A DNA stretch of 64,000 nucleotides from an uncultured Saprospiraceae bacterium (GCA_964398295.1 CAYNMW010000001.1:13490-77489), one strand, 5' to 3'; positions 47,525 through 57,700 are shown, numbered from the stretch's first letter. The notes: generated by a model from the sequence alone, not told the origin. Numbers and translations are program-made.

Positions 47525-50500
47525 ATGAAATCGAACATCATAAGAACACAACACTGGAATTTATTTTCAGTACTTACCTGCTATTTTTTATTCTTTGGCA
47601 CTACTTTAATTGCTCAAGAAACAGTGGTGATTAATGAAATCAATTACCGCAATATCAACAAGCAAGAGAACATTAAATTTGTCGAACTGTACAATTATGG
47701 AGGAACATCTGTAAATATTAGTGGTTGGCATTTGTCAGGGGGAGTGAATTACACATTTCCTGGAGGAACAACAATAGGTGCTGATAAATATTTGGTCGTT
47801 GCACAGGATAAAGCAACTTGTCAAAGTTTCTTCTCAATCACTGGAGTTCTCGGTAACATTTCTGGTAATTTAAGTGCATCTGGCGATGATGTTATATTGC
47901 GAGATGACAGCTTTATTGTTATTGATGAAGTAGATTACGAAAGTTGGAAAGAGTGGCCTAATGTTAGGTTCGATGATTATAAAGAACCTCAGCCTATCCC
48001 TCAAAATCCCCCAGGTACTAATTATATGGAGGATGTAACAATAAAAGTTTCAAAATCTATTCAAAGAATTAATCCAGAATTGGATGGAAAACACGGAGGA
48101 AGTTGGTCAGCAGCTTTTCCTACTCCAAAACAACAAAATGCAAACTTTAGTAATAATACCTCATTGCCAGTTGTACAATCGGTTTCCAAAAGCCCTGACC
48201 ATCCGGCTTCCAATAATGCTGTACGCATTAAAGTTGATTTTGATAATCACCAACTGTACAGTAATATTCTAAATGTTGAATTGGAGTATCAAATAAATAA
48301 TGCTGGAGATTATAAAGTAAAGTCTGATGGAAATTATAATTCTAGTTTTTTGACTAAACAAATGTTGGATGATGGAAATTTTGCTATAAGCGGAGATTCT
48401 ACAGCCAATAATGGACGTTACACAGCAATCATTCCTGCTTCAATGCATCAGAACAGATCGTTAATACGATATAAAATTAAAGTAGAAACAACGGGTGGTT
48501 ATGTCCGATATTTTCCTGATCCAAATCATAAGGAAGATAATTACAGTTATTACGTATATAATGGAGATGCAGAATTTCAAGATTACAATTTTGATGAACT
48601 TGATACAATGCAAAACATTACCATTGTGACAAAATCTAGTATTACCAATGAGTATATCGGTACACAAGACAATAACGATCAATACGATGGTGATGAGTTT
48701 TTGGGAGAAGGTACTTTAATTCACAATGGTAAAATATTTGATCACATTAATTTTAGACCACGTGGCAAAACCAGAAATAACAGAGTTAAACCTGGAATAA
48801 AATTTAAATTAAATAAAGAAAAAGGTTTAATAGTCGAGGATGATTGTGGAGATGATTATAAAGAAGAACGAGATAATTTGGTTTTATCTGGTACGTGGGT
48901 TAATGATGCAGCTGCACATGGCTTAGTAGAAAGTTTGATCTATAAAATTTTAGAATTGACCAAGGGATGGTTTGTGTATACAGATTATGTCAATCTAAGA
49001 ATTGTTGATGCATCAACAGAAACTGGATTGCATGGTGATTTTTGGGGCTTGTTTTTAATTTTGGAAGATAACAACGGTGAATTATTAAAAGAACACGATT
49101 TACCAGACGGCAATATATGGACAACCTATGATCCTAATGGCGCTGCTAGATTTGTGCATGTTGACTATTTTGGAGACTATCCTGGCTACAATAATCCAGC
49201 TCCATGGATTACTGATACTAATTTAGAGGGAAATAATCCAGAAACGCCTGATGTCAACACTGTAAATAGAGAAATGTTATTTGGGGATTGGATAGGAAAT
49301 GAATTTTGGGCTAATGGGGAATCTAATTATTACAAAAAACACAGTTATCGAGAATACCACAATCCTGAAACTAACAGATGGATAGGCTGGTGTAGAGATT
49401 ATGATGGTGCTTTTGGTAGTGGAAATAACGTGCCAGGGATCAGTTCAATAAACAATGCAAACCCAAATTTTAATATAAGGCAGCCATTGAATATTCCTCC
49501 AAGTTTAGAAATAGAATATAAAGGTGAATTGAGATCTGCATTTGATTTATTACTAAATGATCAACAAATTGAATTTTTAGTAGAAAGTGAATTAGAAAAA
49601 ATATATGACCCATCTAAAGTTTTTGATTGGACAACTTTGGATCATGCACGTTGGGGTCAGACTTATGCTTTGGGCTCAGTAGATGCCCAATTTAACTGGT
49701 ATAAAAATACCTGGTTTCAAGCCCGAAGAAACTATTTAGCAAATAATTCGGTACATGGAATTAAGGATAATAATATACCGAATACACCATCCATTAACCT
49801 TACGGGTAGTCATGCTATTGATGATTTAAGTTTTAGTAATTCTAATTACTCAGATCCCAATGGAAATCCATTCAAAGCATTGGAATGGAGAATTGGTGAA
49901 TGGTCAGGAGACACCACTAATCCTTTTTATGATGAGAGATGCGAACCCAAATATGAAATACAAACAGTTTGGGAAAGTGGAGAACTAACTAATTTTTCAA
50001 ATAATTATACTTTTCCTGCAGATGCACAATTGAAAGTCGGTAGGACTTATTTAGTGCGTGTCAGATATAAAGACAGCACAAATAGATGGAGCCATTGGAG
50101 CGATCCAGAACAATTTATTTCCGAAGAAGCTTTAAACCAGAATGCTCATGATTTAGTGATTAATGAAATCATGTATCACCCAGATGATAATTGCGGAAGT
50201 GAATTTTTAGAAATATATAATAATGAAAATTTCACCATCAATTTAACTAACTACAAATTTACAAATGGTATTGATTTCGATTTTCCTGATGGAGCTACAA
50301 TTGCATCTGGAGCCTATTTAGTGTTAGCACAAGATAGTATAGACTTTGTGCATAAATTTGGTTTTAGTCCTTTTGGTGATTATAGTGGCAACTTAAATGA
50401 TAATGGAGAATTTATTGAACTTAAAGGTCCCTTTAGGGTAATTGTCGATTCGCTTACTTATAATAACAAGGACCCTTGGGATGAAGCTCCCGATGAAGAT

Positions 50501-52285
50501 GGGATGTCATTAGAACTCTTGAATCCTTCATTAGATAATACAGATCCCTTCAATTGGTTTAGGTCTGATGAAACGTGTGGGACACCACAAGCAGAAAACT
50601 CTAGGATATGTACTGGTGCTGCCCCAACAATCGTATTCAATGAAATCAATTATAATTCTGATAATGAAAATTTCGATCCAGGTGACTGGGTAGAATTACA
50701 CAATCCTACAGCTAGCACAGTCGATTTGTCTGGTTGGTCATTTCATGATAATAAAGGTGATTTTATTATTCCGAATGGTACGATTATGGGTCCAGGTGCT
50801 TATTTCGTATTGGTAGAAAATGATAGCTTGTTTACCTTATTATTTCCAAATGTGGCTACTTCAAATTATGCAGGAAATTTTTCTTTCAATTTGAGTGGTA
50901 AAGGAGAACGAATAAGTCTGTTTGATCAAAATAAATGTCTTGCAGATGTTGTCATCTATGATGATAAATCTCCTTGGCCTGAGGAACCTGATGGAGATGG
51001 TCCTTCTCTGTCTCTCATGTCACCTCACCTTGATAATGCATTAGCCACATCCTGGGAAAGTTCAGGGGATGTGAATTCTCCTAATGGTACACCTGGATGT
51101 CCGAATAATCCAGTTGATTGCTTTGATCTTTGTCCATTTGACCCGAATAAAACAGAACCTGGAGATTGTGGTTGCGGCGTGCCAGATACAGATACTGATT
51201 CAGATGGAGTCGCTGATTGTGCTGATAATTGTCCATTAGATCCTAATAAAACAGAACCTGGAATTTGCGACTGTGGTTTGGCTGACACTGATTCTGATTC
51301 AGATGGAGTACCGAATTGTGATGACAATTGTCCATCAGATCCAAATAAAACACAACCTGGTTTGTGTGGCTGCGGTACAACAGACACTGATAGTGATTCA
51401 GATGGAGTACCGAATTGTACTGACAATTGTCCAACAGATCCTAATAAAATATTACCTGGGATTTGTGGCTGTGGCACCCCAGATCTTGATACAGATTTTG
51501 ATGGTACTTTTGACTGTTTTGATAACTGCCCAAATGATCCAAATAAAACTCAAGAAGGAATTTGTGGCTGTGGTATATCGGATATTGATCAGAATAATAA
51601 TGGGATATGCGACACCCTTGAAGACCCATGCTCAAACATCACCTCAGATAATTTTGAAAATAATATTGGCCTTTGGAAAATTGGAGGAGTTGATGCAGCG
51701 AGAGTAGCTTCTAGTTTCAGTCCAGGTGGATCATATTCAATGAGAATACGTGATGATTCAGGATCAGCATCTTCGATATTCACGAATACACTTAATTTGA
51801 CTCTGGTCGAAAGCATAAAAATTGTGTTCGATTATCAGGCTATTGGTTTTGTCTCTGCACAAACATTCTTTTTGGAATCATCAACAGATGGAGGGGCAAC
51901 TTATTCGGTTCTCAATGAGTGGGTAAGTGGATCAGATTTTATTAATCATGCTGTGTATTCAGATTCTATTAGTATTGACAATAGCCAGTTGTCCAATGCG
52001 AGTGTGTTCAGATTTAGATCTAATGGTAATACCGATGCAAATGAAATATATCTCGATAATATTAAATTGAAATCATGTCCAAATGGATGTGATAACTTCC
52101 TGACACAAACAAATAATAGTAATATAAACAACTCAGGAGAAGCAATCATTGGAATAGAAACAAATGGTATCGTTCAAAGTGGAAACAATATTTCACTTAA
52201 TGCTGGTCAGTATATTTCCATGACTTCGGGCTTTGAAGTAAAACCAAGCGCACAATTTCATGCATATATAGAAGCATGTCAATAG
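47525..52285 (+). CDS. Giant secreted CotH-kinase-family protein with three lamin-tail domains, five TSP3-like Ca-binding repeats and a C-terminal jelly-roll plus tail domain
   Basis: The track ORF starts at a GTG (47474). The ATG at 47525 gives MKSNIIRTQHWNLFSVLTCYFLFFGTTLIAQ (signal peptide). The lamin-tail domains are VVINEINYRN...WHLSGG, LVINEIMYHP and IVFNEINYNS. The CotH-like core contains FRPRGKTRNNRVKPGIKFKLNK. The repeat unit is (CPxDPNKTxPGxCGCGxxDTDSDGDGVPxCxDN)x5. Confidence 0.8.
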   Translation: MKSNIIRTQHWNLFSVLTCYFLFFGTTLIAQETVVINEINYRNINKQENIKFVELYNYGGTSVNISGWHLSGGVNYTFPGGTTIGADKYLVVAQDKATCQSFFSITGVLGNISGNLSASGDDVILRDDSFIVIDEVDYESWKEWPNVRFDDYKEPQPIPQNPPGTNYMEDVTIKVSKSIQRINPELDGKHGGSWSAAFPTPKQQNANFSNNTSLPVVQSVSKSPDHPASNNAVRIKVDFDNHQLYSNILNVELEYQINNAGDYKVKSDGNYNSSFLTKQMLDDGNFAISGDSTANNGRYTAIIPASMHQNRSLIRYKIKVETTGGYVRYFPDPNHKEDNYSYYVYNGDAEFQDYNFDELDTMQNITIVTKSSITNEYIGTQDNNDQYDGDEFLGEGTLIHNGKIFDHINFRPRGKTRNNRVKPGIKFKLNKEKGLIVEDDCGDDYKEERDNLVLSGTWVNDAAAHGLVESLIYKILELTKGWFVYTDYVNLRIVDASTETGLHGDFWGLFLILEDNNGELLKEHDLPDGNIWTTYDPNGAARFVHVDYFGDYPGYNNPAPWITDTNLEGNNPETPDVNTVNREMLFGDWIGNEFWANGESNYYKKHSYREYHNPETNRWIGWCRDYDGAFGSGNNVPGISSINNANPNFNIRQPLNIPPSLEIEYKGELRSAFDLLLNDQQIEFLVESELEKIYDPSKVFDWTTLDHARWGQTYALGSVDAQFNWYKNTWFQARRNYLANNSVHGIKDNNIPNTPSINLTGSHAIDDLSFSNSNYSDPNGNPFKALEWRIGEWSGDTTNPFYDERCEPKYEIQTVWESGELTNFSNNYTFPADAQLKVGRTYLVRVRYKDSTNRWSHWSDPEQFISEEALNQNAHDLVINEIMYHPDDNCGSEFLEIYNNENFTINLTNYKFTNGIDFDFPDGATIASGAYLVLAQDSIDFVHKFGFSPFGDYSGNLNDNGEFIELKGPFRVIVDSLTYNNKDPWDEAPDEDGMSLELLNPSLDNTDPFNWFRSDETCGTPQAENSRICTGAAPTIVFNEINYNSDNENFDPGDWVELHNPTASTVDLSGWSFHDNKGDFIIPNGTIMGPGAYFVLVENDSLFTLLFPNVATSNYAGNFSFNLSGKGERISLFDQNKCLADVVIYDDKSPWPEEPDGDGPSLSLMSPHLDNALATSWESSGDVNSPNGTPGCPNNPVDCFDLCPFDPNKTEPGDCGCGVPDTDTDSDGVADCADNCPLDPNKTEPGICDCGLADTDSDSDGVPNCDDNCPSDPNKTQPGLCGCGTTDTDSDSDGVPNCTDNCPTDPNKILPGICGCGTPDLDTDFDGTFDCFDNCPNDPNKTQEGICGCGISDIDQNNNGICDTLEDPCSNITSDNFENNIGLWKIGGVDAARVASSFSPGGSYSMRIRDDSGSASSIFTNTLNLTLVESIKIVFDYQAIGFVSAQTFFLESSTDGGATYSVLNEWVSGSDFINHAVYSDSISIDNSQLSNASVFRFRSNGNTDANEIYLDNIKLKSCPNGCDNFLTQTNNSNINNSGEAIIGIETNGIVQSGNNISLNAGQYISMTSGFEVKPSAQFHAYIEACQ
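51131..51613 (+). repeat. Five tandem 99-nt coding repeats (TSP3-like units) inside the CotH-family gene
   Basis: The units start at 51131, 51230, 51329, 51428 and 51527, each beginning TG(T/C)CCA...GA(C/T)CC(N)AATAAAAC. Confidence 0.85.
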
Positions 52286-52334
52286 AGAAGAGTAAATGAT
52301 CAGAATAACAGGATTCTTTAAAGTTAGTCGTAAT

Positions 52335-52447
52335 TGATCAAAGCACCAGTGTGCGACATCTTTATAGCCCGTATGACGATGGAAATTGTGGGGTGAATAG
52401 GTTAATCTAAATTCTATCAGGAGAATCAATTTTAGATTAAAACCCAA
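52335..52447. repeat. Family-3 intergenic repeat, copy 1, with appended hairpin TAATCTAAA/TTTAGATTA
   Basis: TGATCAAAGCACCAGTGTGCGACATCTTTATAGCCCGTATGACGATGG... aligns at roughly 70% (by eye) with copy 2 at 52494-52577. Confidence 0.65.
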
Positions 52448-52493
52448 AAGGAGCTTGTGTGTTGGAGATTGATCTTGAATGTATATTATAGAA

Positions 52494-52577
52494 TGATTGA
52501 AAGCACCATAGGTGCGATATATTTGTAGCCTCGTATGCCGAAGGCGATACGTGGGCGAATTGATCTAACTAAACCCA
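52494..52577. repeat. Family-3 intergenic repeat, copy 2
   Basis: TGATTGAAAGCACCATAGGTGCGATATATTTGTAGCCTCGTATGCCGAAGGCGATACGTGGGCG... has internal hairpins GCACC-ATA-GGTGC and CGTATGCC-GAA-GGCGATACG. Confidence 0.65.
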
Positions 52578-52619
52578 AATTTGACATGATCCGTAGGTCA
52601 ATCGGATCATGTCAAATTT
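52577..52619. terminator. Perfect 17-bp hairpin (possible bidirectional terminator or element end)
   Basis: AAATTTGACATGATCCG (52577-52593), a 9-nt loop, then CGGATCATGTCAAATTT (52603-52619). T-rich sequence follows. Confidence 0.5.
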
Positions 52620-52728
52620 CTTTAGAGAGAGTTCTTGTTTTAAAAGCAATCGTGAAAATGTGACCTTGATGTAAAGATGAAGCGTTTCAGATATATAACA
52701 TTTTATAAATGAAGTATATTGATTGTAA

Positions 52729-53142
52729 ATGATGGAAGCACAATCTCTTTATCTATTAAACCTTTTTCTTAGTTCATTTATGTGTGGAGTAATCTGGCTT
52801 GTACAGATTCTAATTTACCCATCATTTAAATTAGCCACTGATCGGAAATATCATGAATTCCACATAAAGACAATCAGTATTGTCGTTATGCCAATTATGT
52901 TGATGGAATTGGGAGCAAGTATTTATTTGTATTTCATGGCCAAATCATACATCACTCTTTTTGTGCTCATCTTGTTAATTATGATTTGGCTTTCGACATT
53001 TTTCTTGCAGGTTCCGCAGCATCGATTAGTGCAAGAAGATTCTTCTCCTGCATTGATAGATAAACTTATTTCGTCGAATTGGATACGTTCTTGTTTATGG
53101 ACTGGAAAAACTCTATTACTTTTGTGGTATGGCTTTACCTAA
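52729..53142 (+). CDS. Small four-helix integral membrane protein, function unknown
   Basis: 137 aa with four hydrophobic segments. It overlaps the patatin gene start by 14 nt. Confidence 0.55.
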   Translation: MMEAQSLYLLNLFLSSFMCGVIWLVQILIYPSFKLATDRKYHEFHIKTISIVVMPIMLMELGASIYLYFMAKSYITLFVLILLIMIWLSTFFLQVPQHRLVQEDSSPALIDKLISSNWIRSCLWTGKTLLLLWYGFT

Positions 53143-53989
53143 CAATAGCTATATGGCCCCTATTAAACATCTTCTGCAAACGACACGAGCAAAGAGGAAG
53201 TTTTCTATTTCAAGTGATCATCTAGCATTAGTCTTGTCTGGTGGTGGCGCCAGAGGTGCATACCAGATTGGAGTCTGGAAAGCAATGGAAGAGAAAGGGA
53301 TCATGCCTAGGGTGAAGCAAGTCTTTGGAACATCTGTTGGTGCCATAAATGGTGCTGCGATCGTCCAGGGTGATTTAGTTATTGCCGAAGAGCTTTGGAG
53401 ACAATTGGATTACAGCAAGGTGTTTAGCGATTTTGATTCAATTGTGTCTTCTGCTGAATACAAGCCAAGAGCCATTTATCAAACTATTGTCAAATTATTT
53501 AAAGAAAAGGGATTAAATGTAGATCCATTAAAAGAACTGTTGTATGAATTTCTTAATGAAGATCTTATAAGAAAATCACCTGTTGATTTTGGATTAGTGG
53601 TTTTTGAATTAAATTCTTTCAAAAAGAGGTATTTGCGAAAAGCAGATATTCCTAAAGGTGAGCTCATCGATTATATTATAGCAAGTGCTACATTTCCTAT
53701 TTTCAAAGCTCATTATGTAGAAGGGAAACGATTTATTGATGGAGGAATTTCAGACAATCGTCCATTTTCATTTTTGAAAAATGAACAGGATATTGGTCAA
53801 GCGATATGTATTGACCTGACTACAGCCAGACACTTCTATGTGAAGGATGCAGATCAGGAGAACATGGAAGTAAACTACATAAAGGCATCAAAATTACTTG
53901 GATCTCCATTGGCATTTGACCTAAAAAAAATCAACAAAAATATGGCATTGGGCTACGAGGATTTTTATCGTTATTGTAGTGAAGAATAG
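53129..53989 (+). CDS. Patatin-like phospholipase
   Basis: 286 aa with oxyanion motif LSGGGARGAYQIG, nucleophile GTSVG and catalytic Asp in DGGISDN. Confidence 0.9.
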   Translation: MALPNNSYMAPIKHLLQTTRAKRKFSISSDHLALVLSGGGARGAYQIGVWKAMEEKGIMPRVKQVFGTSVGAINGAAIVQGDLVIAEELWRQLDYSKVFSDFDSIVSSAEYKPRAIYQTIVKLFKEKGLNVDPLKELLYEFLNEDLIRKSPVDFGLVVFELNSFKKRYLRKADIPKGELIDYIIASATFPIFKAHYVEGKRFIDGGISDNRPFSFLKNEQDIGQAICIDLTTARHFYVKDADQENMEVNYIKASKLLGSPLAFDLKKINKNMALGYEDFYRYCSEE

Positions 53990-54010
53990 CTTATAAATTC
54001 GTGTTATAAT

Positions 54011-54040
54011 TTCTCCCTTGAGGAGATTTTAGAGGATTTG
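54011..54040 (+). repeat. Diverged family-2 hairpin repeat / weak terminator after the patatin gene
   Basis: TTCTCCCTTGAGGAGA hairpin followed by TTTTAGAGGATTT. Compare the CCCCTTTG..CAAAGGGG hairpin plus ATTTAGGGGATT at 13346. Confidence 0.45.
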
Positions 54041-54080
54041 ATGATATCCAATTTCACACAAGTAGCAATGGCACTCTGAC

Positions 54081-54150
54081 AATCAAACAATCAAACAATC
54101 AAACAATCAAAACAATCAAACAATCAAAACAATCAAACAATCAACAATCC
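54081..54150. repeat. Microsatellite: 8 tandem units of AATCAAAC, two of them 9 nt and one 7 nt
   Basis: Read directly as aatcaaac x3, aatcaaaac, aatcaaac, aatcaaaac, aatcaaac, aatcaac, aatcc. It ends 3 nt from the stop codon of the minus-strand gene at 54153. Confidence 0.95.
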
Positions 54151-54152
54151 AT

Positions 54153-57100
54153 TCACGGTTTAACCTTCTTAACCTTAATAGCTCCAACTCCCGCTTCCCA
54201 TAATTTTTTATTTACCAAAGGAATTTCAGTATTTAAAATAGTAGCAGCCTGTTCACGTAAGGGTGCCCATTCAGCGTCTAATTCTACTTTTCTTTTTTTA
54301 GCGGCTTCTGTCACTTTGACTATATCGCTTTCTGTTTGGTTGAGTAAAAACAAATAATTCGCTGACAGTTTATTTGGAAAATTTTCTACATCGTCATAAG
54401 CCTTTGTTTTGCGTTGTACCATTTCATCATCCCAACTTTTCATTTTCAATATGAGGTTTTTTGTTTCTTCGTTAAGCGTTTCATTTCCTGAAAGTTTTTT
54501 CGATGCATTGTACAAATCCTTTCGCAAGTCTGCCATTTCATTTATCGAGCGATGCATATTACTTATGGTGCTTTCCATTTCGCTCATGATCAAATGATAT
54601 TCTTCAAACTGTTCTGCTGTCGTGTTGTATAATGGATGAGAAGAAACGTCTACCGTAGAAGTACTTGATTGCTCTCCTTGTGAAACTGTGAGAGTATAGG
54701 TTCCTGGAACCACTTTATGTCCTCGATAGCTTCCTTCAATATAGACATCCGGTACACCCTCCAGAATTGGATAACGAAGATCCCATACAAATCGATTAAG
54801 TCCAGGTTTTTTGCCTAATGTTGGTGTCGGAGGTGGCCCACCTGCCCATCTGGAGAAGGTAGTATCCTTCACAGAAGTAAAATGTCTAACGAGTTGACCA
54901 GATTCATTTGTTATGGTCAATTCAATAGGCTCTTTAGAGTTACTATTTGGTAACTGATAGTAGATCACTGCTCCATTAGCTGGATTTACACCCCTCAGTG
55001 GATTTGTCCCCTTAAACGAAGGGTTTGTTCCGTTTAATTCACTACTACCATTTAGGAGAACTGATTTCTCTGGTGTAAACACATGAAGTTCTCCAGGTTC
55101 TTTGTCTACCTGTCTGAGAAGGTCAAGGTCATCCAGAATCCAAAATGAACGGCCTGAAGTAGCCGCAACAAGATCATTGTTTTTGACAGCAAGATCTGTA
55201 ATTGGAGTAATTGGCAAATTTAATTGTAGCGGATACCATCGTTGTCCATCATTCCAGGATATATACACACCTGTTTCAGTCCCTGCGTACAATAAGCCCT
55301 CTCTTACATCATCTTCTCGGACAACTCTTGTGAAAGCACCTTTTGGAATCCCATTTGAGATATTAGTCCAACTTTGGCCATAGTTCTCAGTCTTGTATAA
55401 TGCAGGTGTATGGTCGTTAAATTTGTATCGAGTGGTAGCAATATAAACCGTGCCGGGATCATGAGGAGAAATATCTATAGCATTGATCAAGCATTCTTCC
55501 AATCCCGCAGGTGTAACATTAGTCCAGTCATCTCCACCGTTTTTGGTCACATGAATAAGACCATCATCGCTTGACACCCAAATGACACCTGCCTCATGAG
55601 GTGACTCAATGACATAAGCTATTGTCCCATAATTTTCAGCGCCTACTGCTTCATTTGTATATGGGACTCCTCCCTTTCCTTGTTTTGATTTTTCATTTCG
55701 TGTAAGGTCAGGTGAGACCTCGGTCCAAGTCTGTCCAAGGTCTTGCGTTCTCAACAAATATTGGGCTCCATGATAATAGGTATTGGGTTCATGTTTGGAC
55801 CATATTATTGGTGCATTCCAATTATACCGATATTTCATTTCCGATGCATCCTTCCCCAAATATTGGATAGGTGCTGCCATGATGTTTGTGCTTGCTTCTG
55901 CTTTGGTATCCAATACCTCAATCGTACCTAAGTAAGAACCACCCAATACATATCTGGGATCATCCGGGTCAAATGCCAAAAAGGCACTTTCTCCACCAGC
56001 TGAATATGTCCAGCTTCTTTGTGTGATTCCTCTCCCAGCTTCTCTACTTGCAATTCTTACTGATGAATTGTCTTGTTGGCCAGCATAAATGCGATAGGGA
56101 TAATGATTGTCTACACTGATTCTATAGAATTGAGAGGTTGGCATATTGTCTTGACGAGACCATGTCTTTCCTCGATTAAAACTAATTGCTGCACCACCGT
56201 CATTTGAGATGCAAATATTTTTTGGGTTGGTAGGATGAATCCATAAGTCATGAAAATCTCCATGCGTACCAGTCAATCTTTCCCAGGTTTTACCACCGTC
56301 ACTTGATCGCAAAGCTGGTGCACTTAGGACATAAACCATGTCCTTATTGATTGGGTCAGCAAATACTTCAATATAATACCAGGCGCGTTGTACCAATCGA
56401 TGATCTTTACTTATACGTTTCCAACTTGATCCTGCATTATCAGATACAAATAGTCCACCTTTTTCTTCATTCGAATCACTTTCAACAAGTGCATATACTC
56501 GATCTGGTTCTGAGCGGCAAATGGATACTGCCATTTTACCGAGCTCATCTGGTAGTCCCGATTCAATTTTTTTCCAGTTGTTGCCACCATCAGTAGATTT
56601 ATACAAGCCACTTCCGGGACCTCCACTGATCACTTGCCAAGGCCGTCTACCGTGTTCCCACATGGCAGCATAAAGGATTCTCGGATTGGACATGTCCATG
56701 TCAATATCAGCACAGCCAGTATCTTCATTGACAAAAAGGATGTTTTGCCAGGATCTTCCTCCATCTGTCGTTTTATATACGCCACGTTCTTTATTTGGTC
56801 CATAAAGGTTTCCTTGGACCGCTACATAAACAATGTCAGGATTGGTAGGATGTATTTTTATTTCGGCAATGTGCTGTGTCGTTTCCAAACCCATGTGTGA
56901 CCAGGTTTTACCAGCATCAGTTGATTTATACATGCCATCTCCATGAGAAGTCATTACAGCTCTTGGAGCATGCTCACCCATTCCACAATACACAACATTT
57001 GGATCACTTTCAGATACAGCTATAGCGCCTACGGAGCCTGTTTTAAAAAAACCATCTGAGATGTTGTGCCAATACTGACCTGCATCACTGGTTTTCCATA

Positions 57101-57311
57101 ATCCACCTCCTGTCGTACCCATATAGTAGGTCAGTGGGTCATTGATAACACCGCTTGAGCCTACTGATCGTCCACCTCTGAATGGTCCAATATTCCTCCA
57201 TTTCATCGGAGCCAATATGGAATCGGTGTCTACTTGTTGGCCCAACAATTGATGTTGTTTACCAGGAAAGAAAAAGAGAGAAAGTAAAAAAATGATGCCT
57301 ATGCGATTCAT
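54153..57311 (-). CDS. BNR/Asp-box repeat, sortilin (VPS10)-like secreted protein
   Basis: 1052 aa with a signal peptide. It has about ten Asp-box motifs ([64 protein letters not shown]...). Confidence 0.85.
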   Translation of the reverse strand: MNRIGIIFLLSLFFFPGKQHQLLGQQVDTDSILAPMKWRNIGPFRGGRSVGSSGVINDPLTYYMGTTGGGLWKTSDAGQYWHNISDGFFKTGSVGAIAVSESDPNVVYCGMGEHAPRAVMTSHGDGMYKSTDAGKTWSHMGLETTQHIAEIKIHPTNPDIVYVAVQGNLYGPNKERGVYKTTDGGRSWQNILFVNEDTGCADIDMDMSNPRILYAAMWEHGRRPWQVISGGPGSGLYKSTDGGNNWKKIESGLPDELGKMAVSICRSEPDRVYALVESDSNEEKGGLFVSDNAGSSWKRISKDHRLVQRAWYYIEVFADPINKDMVYVLSAPALRSSDGGKTWERLTGTHGDFHDLWIHPTNPKNICISNDGGAAISFNRGKTWSRQDNMPTSQFYRISVDNHYPYRIYAGQQDNSSVRIASREAGRGITQRSWTYSAGGESAFLAFDPDDPRYVLGGSYLGTIEVLDTKAEASTNIMAAPIQYLGKDASEMKYRYNWNAPIIWSKHEPNTYYHGAQYLLRTQDLGQTWTEVSPDLTRNEKSKQGKGGVPYTNEAVGAENYGTIAYVIESPHEAGVIWVSSDDGLIHVTKNGGDDWTNVTPAGLEECLINAIDISPHDPGTVYIATTRYKFNDHTPALYKTENYGQSWTNISNGIPKGAFTRVVREDDVREGLLYAGTETGVYISWNDGQRWYPLQLNLPITPITDLAVKNNDLVAATSGRSFWILDDLDLLRQVDKEPGELHVFTPEKSVLLNGSSELNGTNPSFKGTNPLRGVNPANGAVIYYQLPNSNSKEPIELTITNESGQLVRHFTSVKDTTFSRWAGGPPPTPTLGKKPGLNRFVWDLRYPILEGVPDVYIEGSYRGHKVVPGTYTLTVSQGEQSSTSTVDVSSHPLYNTTAEQFEEYHLIMSEMESTISNMHRSINEMADLRKDLYNASKKLSGNETLNEETKNLILKMKSWDDEMVQRKTKAYDDVENFPNKLSANYLFLLNQTESDIVKVTEAAKKRKVELDAEWAPLREQAATILNTEIPLVNKKLWEAGVGAIKVKKVKP

Positions 57312-57397
57312 ATCACTGCTAGATTTATTTCAACAAGATAAACAACAGAACGCTAATCGCTGAACAGACTACTGGACAGGAAGTTGTCTTGCGACGG

Positions 57398-57700
57398 TTA
57401 GTTGTTGGTTATAGCTTCTACAAGTGCATGTTTAGTTTGCAGTCCTGCTGCTCTCCATTCGATTTTGCCGTCTTTGAACAACATGATTGTAGGTACACTT
57501 TTGACATTATAGCGACTAGCAATTCCTTGATTCTTGTCGATGTCGATTTTGATAATCCTGGCTTTACCTTCAATTTCTTTTGCTACTTCTTTTAAAATAG
57601 GCATCTGCATTTTGCATGGACCACACCATGTAGCAAAGAAGTCAATGAGTATTGGTTTGTCTCCGTTTATCAGTTTATCAAAATTTCCTTTCATCTTCAT
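57398..57700 (-). CDS. trxA: Thioredoxin
   Basis: 100 aa with active site WCGPC in DFFATWCGPCKMQMPIL. Confidence 0.93.
   Translation of the reverse strand: MKMKGNFDKLINGDKPILIDFFATWCGPCKMQMPILKEVAKEIEGKARIIKIDIDKNQGIASRYNVKSVPTIMLFKDGKIEWRAAGLQTKHALVEAITNN

Noticed and set aside
51025-51707. Several 60-150-aa ORFs in other frames and on the opposite strand of the TSP3 repeat array
   Set aside because: They are artefacts of the 99-nt coding repeats. The periodic sequence lacks stops in several frames, and the plus-strand CotH-family frame is continuous across the region.
52193-52447. 84-aa minus-strand ORF overlapping the end of the CotH-family gene and the intergenic region
   Set aside because: It reads through family-3 repeat copy 1 (giving ...HRHTGYKDVAHWCFDQ...). 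Repeat-derived pseudo-ORFs of this type are typical annotation noise.
54081-54150. Possible CRISPR array
   Set aside because: The repeat unit is only 8-9 nt with no spacers. It is a microsatellite, not a CRISPR array, and there are no cas genes in the window.
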